Assembly: GCA_964582245.1 (NCBI GenBank)
Contig: CAZOSQ010000001.1
Coordinates: 1-32,340 of the forward strand
Origin: an uncultured Bacteroidales bacterium
Lineage (GTDB): Bacteria; Bacteroidota; Bacteroidia; Bacteroidales; CAZOSQ01
Reading direction: 5' to 3'
Length of the DNA: 32,340 nt
Made by a program: the position numbers and the translations under genes. This document shows positions 27,153 through 32,340 of this stretch, in pieces (within the stretch, counting starts at the first letter, position 1; the number at the start of each line of letters is the position of its first letter). The notes below the pieces were generated by a model. The model ran no database searches. It saw only the letters and a list, made by a program, of their open reading frames with translations, and was not told where the DNA came from.

Positions 27153-29093
27153 TTACGAATCCGCGGTGAAAATGACCATACCCAATGGGGGCACAACTAT
27201 ATTGATAGAGTTATCCTCACCATGATAAGGTATCGGTGAAGTTTCAACACCACCCAAATTACCTTGTCCACTTCCACCATAGATTTTAGAATCACTATTT
27301 AACGCTTCTTTCCAATATCCATCTTTGGGAACACCCACACGGTAATTATGTTTTGGCACGGGAGTGAAATTACAAATCACGAAAACTTGCTGTGATTTAT
27401 CCCTATTGTACCTGGTGAAAGCCAATACGCTGTTTGCTGAATCATTGGCATCAATCCACTTGAAGCCGGATTCTTCAAAATCAACCTCGTATAAGGCTGG
27501 ATTTTTTTTATAGTACTCGTTTAAGTCCTTTATCCAACGATGCATTTTTTTATGCGCATCATATTCCAAGAGGTGCCAGTCCAAACTCTTGTCATGGTTC
27601 CATTCGTTCCATTGACCAAATTCACCTCCCATGAATGACAATTTTTTCCCGGGATGAGCGAACATATAACCGAATAATAAGCGAAGGTTACTAAATTTTT
27701 GCCATTCATCGCCCGGCATTTTATTAATTAATGAACCTTTACCATGCACGACTTCATCGTGGGATAAACTAAGCATAAAGTTTTCTGAGAAAGCATACCA
27801 AATCGAAAATGTTATTTGGTTGTGGTGATATCCCCTGAATAAGGGATCCTTTGAAAAATAATCAAGGGTATCATGCATCCATCCCATGTTCCATTTCATG
27901 CTGAAGCCAAGTCCACCCGCATAAACAGGTCGTGTAACCATAGGCCAGGCCGTGGATTCTTCAGCAATGGTTTGAACACCGGGAAACTTTTCAAAAATGG
28001 AAATATTCAGGTCTCTTAAAAACTCCATTGCCTTAATATTTTCCCTACCACCATGTTCATTGGGAATCCACTCACCCTCTTTGCGTGAATAATCGAGATA
28101 TAACATGGAGGCAACCCCGTCTACCCTGATGCCATCAATATGATATTTATCGAACCAAAAATGGGCACTACTGATTAGGAACTCTTTTACTTCGGCCCTA
28201 CCGTAATTAAAGATATAGCTATTCCAATCAGGGTGATAACCTTGCCTGGGATCCTGGTGTTCATATAAAAAACTACCATCAAAATAATGGATTCCGTGGA
28301 TATCATTGGGGAAATGAGAAGGCACCCAATCCAGGATGACTCCTATTCCTTCCTGGTGAAACATATCGATCAAGTACATCAAATCTTGGGGTGAACCATA
28401 TCTACTCGTAGCGGCAAAAAATCCCAATACTTGGTATCCCCAAGAACCAGAAAATGGATGTTCCATTACCGGCAATAATTCCACGTGCGTGTACCCGGAC
28501 TCCTTTACATATTGCACCAGGTCATCAGCAAGTTCCCTATAAGAAAGTGACCTGTCACCCTCATTAGGAGTATGTTTCCAAGAACCCAGGTGAACCTCGT
28601 AGATAGATATAGGGCTTTCTAGGGAGTTATTGCTTTTTCTTTCTTTCATCCACCCTTCATCCTGCCAGGCGTAATCAAGATTCCATACACGAGATGCAGT
28701 ATTAGGCGGGATTTCTCCATAATTTCCATATGGATCTGATTTACTGACAGTATAATCATTTATCTCGGAAGTTATCCTGTACTTATAATAAGCACCTTCT
28801 TTTACCCCCGGTATAAAACCTTGCCAGATTCCCGACGAATCCTGCCTGGGTTGTAAGATATGTATATCTTCTTGCCATTCGTTAAAATCCCCTATTACTG
28901 ATATTTTTTTTGCATTTGGAGCCCAAACTGCAAAATGAACACCATTTTGCCCTTCATGCTCAATGATATGTGAGCCCATTTTTTCATATGCATTAAAATA
29001 TTTTCCTTCCCGGAAAAGATAAATGTCATATTCAGAGAAAATATCAATATCGTGGATTATTTTAGGAAATTTGGTTTTTATATCAGCTTCCAT
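27153..29093 (-). CDS. glgB: 1,4-alpha-glucan branching enzyme
   Basis: 646 aa. GH13 regions [26 protein letters not shown] and [13 protein letters not shown]-terminal CBM48-like [22 protein letters not shown]. Confidence 0.95.
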   Translation of the reverse strand: MEADIKTKFPKIIHDIDIFSEYDIYLFREGKYFNAYEKMGSHIIEHEGQNGVHFAVWAPNAKKISVIGDFNEWQEDIHILQPRQDSSGIWQGFIPGVKEGAYYKYRITSEINDYTVSKSDPYGNYGEIPPNTASRVWNLDYAWQDEGWMKERKSNNSLESPISIYEVHLGSWKHTPNEGDRSLSYRELADDLVQYVKESGYTHVELLPVMEHPFSGSWGYQVLGFFAATSRYGSPQDLMYLIDMFHQEGIGVILDWVPSHFPNDIHGIHYFDGSFLYEHQDPRQGYHPDWNSYIFNYGRAEVKEFLISSAHFWFDKYHIDGIRVDGVASMLYLDYSRKEGEWIPNEHGGRENIKAMEFLRDLNISIFEKFPGVQTIAEESTAWPMVTRPVYAGGLGFSMKWNMGWMHDTLDYFSKDPLFRGYHHNQITFSIWYAFSENFMLSLSHDEVVHGKGSLINKMPGDEWQKFSNLRLLFGYMFAHPGKKLSFMGGEFGQWNEWNHDKSLDWHLLEYDAHKKMHRWIKDLNEYYKKNPALYEVDFEESGFKWIDANDSANSVLAFTRYNRDKSQQVFVICNFTPVPKHNYRVGVPKDGYWKEALNSDSKIYGGSGQGNLGGVETSPIPYHGEDNSINIVVPPLGMVIFTADS

Positions 29094-29107
29094 ATTCCAA
29101 AAGATTT

Positions 29108-32100
29108 TTATTCTACATTAGAGGTTTCTATTTTTCTCGATCCCTGTTCTTTTACCAGCTCCTTTAATATATGATGAAGCCCCTGGAGCGGTATCGTGGT
29201 CCAATCCGGGCGGTTGTTTAATTCATAACCTATCTCGTATACCGATTTTTCAGCAATATATACTTTCAATAAGGATTCTATGCTTTCTTTTTCCTTGGGT
29301 ACAAAAAGTGCTTGTGCCGCGGTGTCCAGGTAAGATTTTAAAAAATGATGACTCACCATGTGATACCATGAATCTAGCCAAGGTTGAAGATAAATGTCAT
29401 TTTCGGGTCGAACAAAGAGATGGTTGAAATATTGTGTGTGAATAGCGTAATGAAAAGACCTGATCATTCCGGCAACATCCCTGAAAGGACTGTATTTTAA
29501 TTTGCGGGTGCTAATGGATCGTGCCGGTTCTCCCTCAAAATCAATGATCGTGAAATCTTTACCCGTAAATAGAACCTGTCCAAGATGATAATCCCCATGA
29601 ATTCGTATTTTTTGCGAGGGCAATCTCGCATCAAGTATATCTTTGATATCATGTAACAAGTAGCTCTCGTTTTTCAAGATAAATTCGCCTTGTTCTTTTG
29701 CTTCTCCTTTTAATTCATTGTCTCTTAATTTACTTCTTAGCATAGGAAACACCCTCTTGACCTGTGTCCTCACGGATTGGAAGAGAGATTTCTGGTAAAG
29801 CAGTGAAAAAGGTTCAGGTTTGAAGTCCTGCAAGTCTTTAATAGAAGCAAGGGCAAGATGCATTTCCGCGGTGCGTTGTCCCAGCAATTCAATCATTTCT
29901 AAAAAGAAATGCCCGATATTATCTTGAAGAAGGTTTCTAGTGTTTTTCTCGTATTTATCCAATAAGCTAATAGACTCTCTTGGTGGATGAGGAAGCATTT
30001 CATGATCCGATAGCAACTTTTCAAAAAATCTTTCAATATTATTCTCGGTCAATGACCATGCTGTACCTTCGTTAGGCGTAAAACTCGTTATGATTCCGAG
30101 TGACATGATATCATGTCCGGGGGAATGGTATTCGAGGGATCCCGCGAAAGTTGGTATATGCGAAAAATCAGTTTTTTCAGTCAGTTGTTTCAAAATCTCA
30201 ATTTCGGGATTAGCTCCTTCTTCCAAGGACCTGTATATCTTGAAAAAGAACTTGTCTTGGAAAAGGATGGAGGTGTTGGATTGTTCCACGCTAATTATAT
30301 GAGATGAAACTTCTTCCTTAGTTTTCACGAAATCCTTTAGAATTGGGCCAAGAGTGGTTTTAATCTCACCATTTTTGCATTTGATTTTTCCTCGTTGCCC
30401 TATGGTTTTTAATATTTTCTGGTGAACATCAGCATCTATCGTGCAATCGTAAATGATCCCCTCTTCTTTGTCTATAAAAATCCGGGCCATTACGTAAGCG
30501 GGATAACTTTCTTTTATATCTAAAGAATCTTCCCCTATGGCCAAGGATATAGGTATAAGATAAGTTTCATTTGCACCTTCTACATAATCAATTTCAATAA
30601 AAAATAAAAACATGTTATAAATATCCTTTATCAGCAAAGAATGATCAATTATCTTGGTGCTCCGTATTTTTTTGGTCTTGCCGCGATACCACCGGCTATT
30701 TATAATGTAATTGGTTAGTATCTCTTCTTCTAAAGTTTTTTTTGTATTGGTTCTTAGTTGATTCCAGTCGATCCTATGAATATTAATGTCCAATTCCGGG
30801 CTTTTCCCTTCTTCTTGTTTTGTCTTCTTCGGTTTATAAAGCTCAAACCAATAATAATCATAAAATTGGAGAGGGAAAGTATAGGGCATTCCTTCTTCAA
30901 TTTCCGGGAAATCATTTCGTGAAAACATTTCTTTAGGCACTTGACCTTCGTAACCATCAAGTTCCAGGTTGGCCAGTTGCGAGTGTTTCGAGAGATTGAC
31001 CACGACCATGATCGTTTCATCTTCATTTTCTCTTAAGAAGGCTAATACTTTCGGGTTATTGGTATTTATGAATTTTAGGCTACCCCTGCTAAAAGCTTTG
31101 TGTTTTTTTCTTAATGAAATAAGCCTTCTCATCCACCATAATAGAGAGGAAGGATTCCTGTCTTGGCTTTCCACGTTTATAGCCTCGTAATGATACTCGG
31201 GGGAAAAAATAACAGGTAGAAATAATCTTTGGGGGTTTGCACGGGAGAACCCGGCATTTTTATCCGAAGTCCATTGCATAGGTGTGCGTACACCATTTCG
31301 ATCTCCAAGGTAATAATTATCACCCATTCCTATTTCATCGCCATAATAAACGATAGGTGTACCCGGCATGGAAAAAAGTAACATGTTCATCATTTCTATC
31401 TTTCTCCGGTCATTTTCCATCAAGGGAGCCAAGCGTCTACGGATACCAAGGTTTATTCTTTGTTCGGGTTCCTTGGCAAAACTTTTATACATATAGTCCC
31501 TTTCTTCATCAGTCACCATTTCTAATGTTAATTCATCATGGTTCCTAAGGAAAATAGCCCATTGGCAATTATTGGGAATATCAGGCGTTTGCTCCAAGAT
31601 ATCTATTACGGGAAAACGGTCTTCCATTTTCATTCCCATGAATAACCTAGGCATCAATGGAAAATGAAAAGCCATGTGGCATTCATCACCTTTACCAAAA
31701 TAAGTTGTCGCATCTTCAGGCCACTGGTTGGCTTCCGCGAGTAACATTTTATTTTCATAATTTTTATCAATATATGATCTTAATTTTTTTAGAAAATGAT
31801 GAGTTTCAGTAAGATTTTCGCAATTACTCCCCTCTCTTTCATAAAGATAAGGAACGGCATCCAGGCGAAGGCCGTCAACACCTATTTCAAACCAGAAATC
31901 AATTACCTTGAATATGGCTTGTTGAACTTGTTCACTATCAAAGTTCAGGTCCGGTTGATGAGAATAAAATCTATGCCAATAATACTCTTCTGCAACAGGA
32001 TCCCATGACCAGTTGGAAGTTTCAAAATCCTTGAATATAATCCTGGCGTCCTGATATTTATCAGGGGTATGGTTCCAGACATAAAAATCTCTCCATTTAC

Positions 32101-32340
32101 TGCCTTTGGGAGATTTTCTTGCACGCTGAAACCAAGCATGTTCGCTTGATGTATGATTTAATACAAGTTCGGTGATAACATAAATATCCCTTTTATGGGC
32201 TTCCCTAACAAACTTTTTAAAATCATTCAACTTCCCGTATGTGTGGTGAATGGAGGTGAAATCAGAAATTATATAACCCCCGACCCGTAAAGGTGAAGGA
32301 TAAAAAGGCAATAACCATAAAGCGTTTACACCTAAACTTT
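29108..32340 (-). CDS. treS: Trehalose synthase (maltose alpha-D-glucosyltransferase) fused to maltokinase; 5' end off the window
   Basis: The reading frame stays open to the window edge (...[17 protein letters not shown]), so the track TTG start at 32311 is internal. TreS GH13 regions are [24 protein letters not shown] and [13 protein letters not shown], down to YYWFELYKP (~30835). A linker follows, then a maltokinase-like kinase (~30790-29108) with [12 protein letters not shown] and IIDFEGEP. glgB follows after 14 nt. Confidence 0.9.
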   Translation of the reverse strand, partial: SLGVNALWLLPFYPSPLRVGGYIISDFTSIHHTYGKLNDFKKFVREAHKRDIYVITELVLNHTSSEHAWFQRARKSPKGSKWRDFYVWNHTPDKYQDARIIFKDFETSNWSWDPVAEEYYWHRFYSHQPDLNFDSEQVQQAIFKVIDFWFEIGVDGLRLDAVPYLYEREGSNCENLTETHHFLKKLRSYIDKNYENKMLLAEANQWPEDATTYFGKGDECHMAFHFPLMPRLFMGMKMEDRFPVIDILEQTPDIPNNCQWAIFLRNHDELTLEMVTDEERDYMYKSFAKEPEQRINLGIRRRLAPLMENDRRKIEMMNMLLFSMPGTPIVYYGDEIGMGDNYYLGDRNGVRTPMQWTSDKNAGFSRANPQRLFLPVIFSPEYHYEAINVESQDRNPSSLLWWMRRLISLRKKHKAFSRGSLKFINTNNPKVLAFLRENEDETIMVVVNLSKHSQLANLELDGYEGQVPKEMFSRNDFPEIEEGMPYTFPLQFYDYYWFELYKPKKTKQEEGKSPELDINIHRIDWNQLRTNTKKTLEEEILTNYIINSRWYRGKTKKIRSTKIIDHSLLIKDIYNMFLFFIEIDYVEGANETYLIPISLAIGEDSLDIKESYPAYVMARIFIDKEEGIIYDCTIDADVHQKILKTIGQRGKIKCKNGEIKTTLGPILKDFVKTKEEVSSHIISVEQSNTSILFQDKFFFKIYRSLEEGANPEIEILKQLTEKTDFSHIPTFAGSLEYHSPGHDIMSLGIITSFTPNEGTAWSLTENNIERFFEKLLSDHEMLPHPPRESISLLDKYEKNTRNLLQDNIGHFFLEMIELLGQRTAEMHLALASIKDLQDFKPEPFSLLYQKSLFQSVRTQVKRVFPMLRSKLRDNELKGEAKEQGEFILKNESYLLHDIKDILDARLPSQKIRIHGDYHLGQVLFTGKDFTIIDFEGEPARSISTRKLKYSPFRDVAGMIRSFHYAIHTQYFNHLFVRPENDIYLQPWLDSWYHMVSHHFLKSYLDTAAQALFVPKEKESIESLLKVYIAEKSVYEIGYELNNRPDWTTIPLQGLHHILKELVKEQGSRKIETSNVE

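Noticed and set aside
32309-32311. TTG proposed by the ORF track as the start of the TreS-maltokinase protein
   Set aside because: The frame remains open to the window edge. The upstream residues ([10 protein letters not shown]) belong to the conserved GH13 N-terminal region, so the gene is 5'-truncated by the window rather than starting here.

Overview
AT-rich chromosomal segment, almost certainly from a member of Bacteroidota. Supporting signatures are a T9SS type-B C-terminal sorting domain, a DUF4290-murA pair, an ECF sigma/FecR/STN-TonB-dependent receptor/DUF4249 module, a mitochondrial-type citrate synthase, A-rich leaders without Shine-Dalgarno, and TAnnTTTG-like -7 boxes.

Gene order:
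- tail of the ribosomal-protein/alpha operon (rpsD 3' end, rpoA, rplQ), then eno and citrate synthase
- an ~880-bp ORF-free, very AT-rich spacer
- a 1109-aa periplasmic double-propeller/Y_Y_Y sensor fused to a PP2C (SpoIIE-type) phosphatase
- a small accessory-looking patch: GroES-like paralogue, orphan radical SAM enzyme, T9SS cargo of unknown function
- a UvrD-family helicase, DUF4290-murA, and grpE-dnaJ followed directly by an ABC-2 exporter pair
- a complete trans-envelope signalling module: ECF sigma, FecR anti-sigma, STN-domain TonB-dependent receptor, DUF4249 lipoprotein
- on the minus strand, a treS-maltokinase fusion (5' end runs off the window) plus glgB

I found no rRNA, tRNA, CRISPR array, transposase/integrase or recognisable defence genes. 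Most of the window is core housekeeping, and I cannot point to a clear-cut new multi-gene system.

The best leads are:
- the propeller-sensor/PP2C fusion together with its unusually long upstream spacer
- the orphan radical SAM gene, which has a 4-Cys C-terminal module and a short upstream ORF
- the stand-alone GroES-like paralogue
- the T9SS type-B cargo that lacks an adjacent PorP/SprF-like partner

All functional calls rest on my reading of motifs in the supplied translations. No database search was run.
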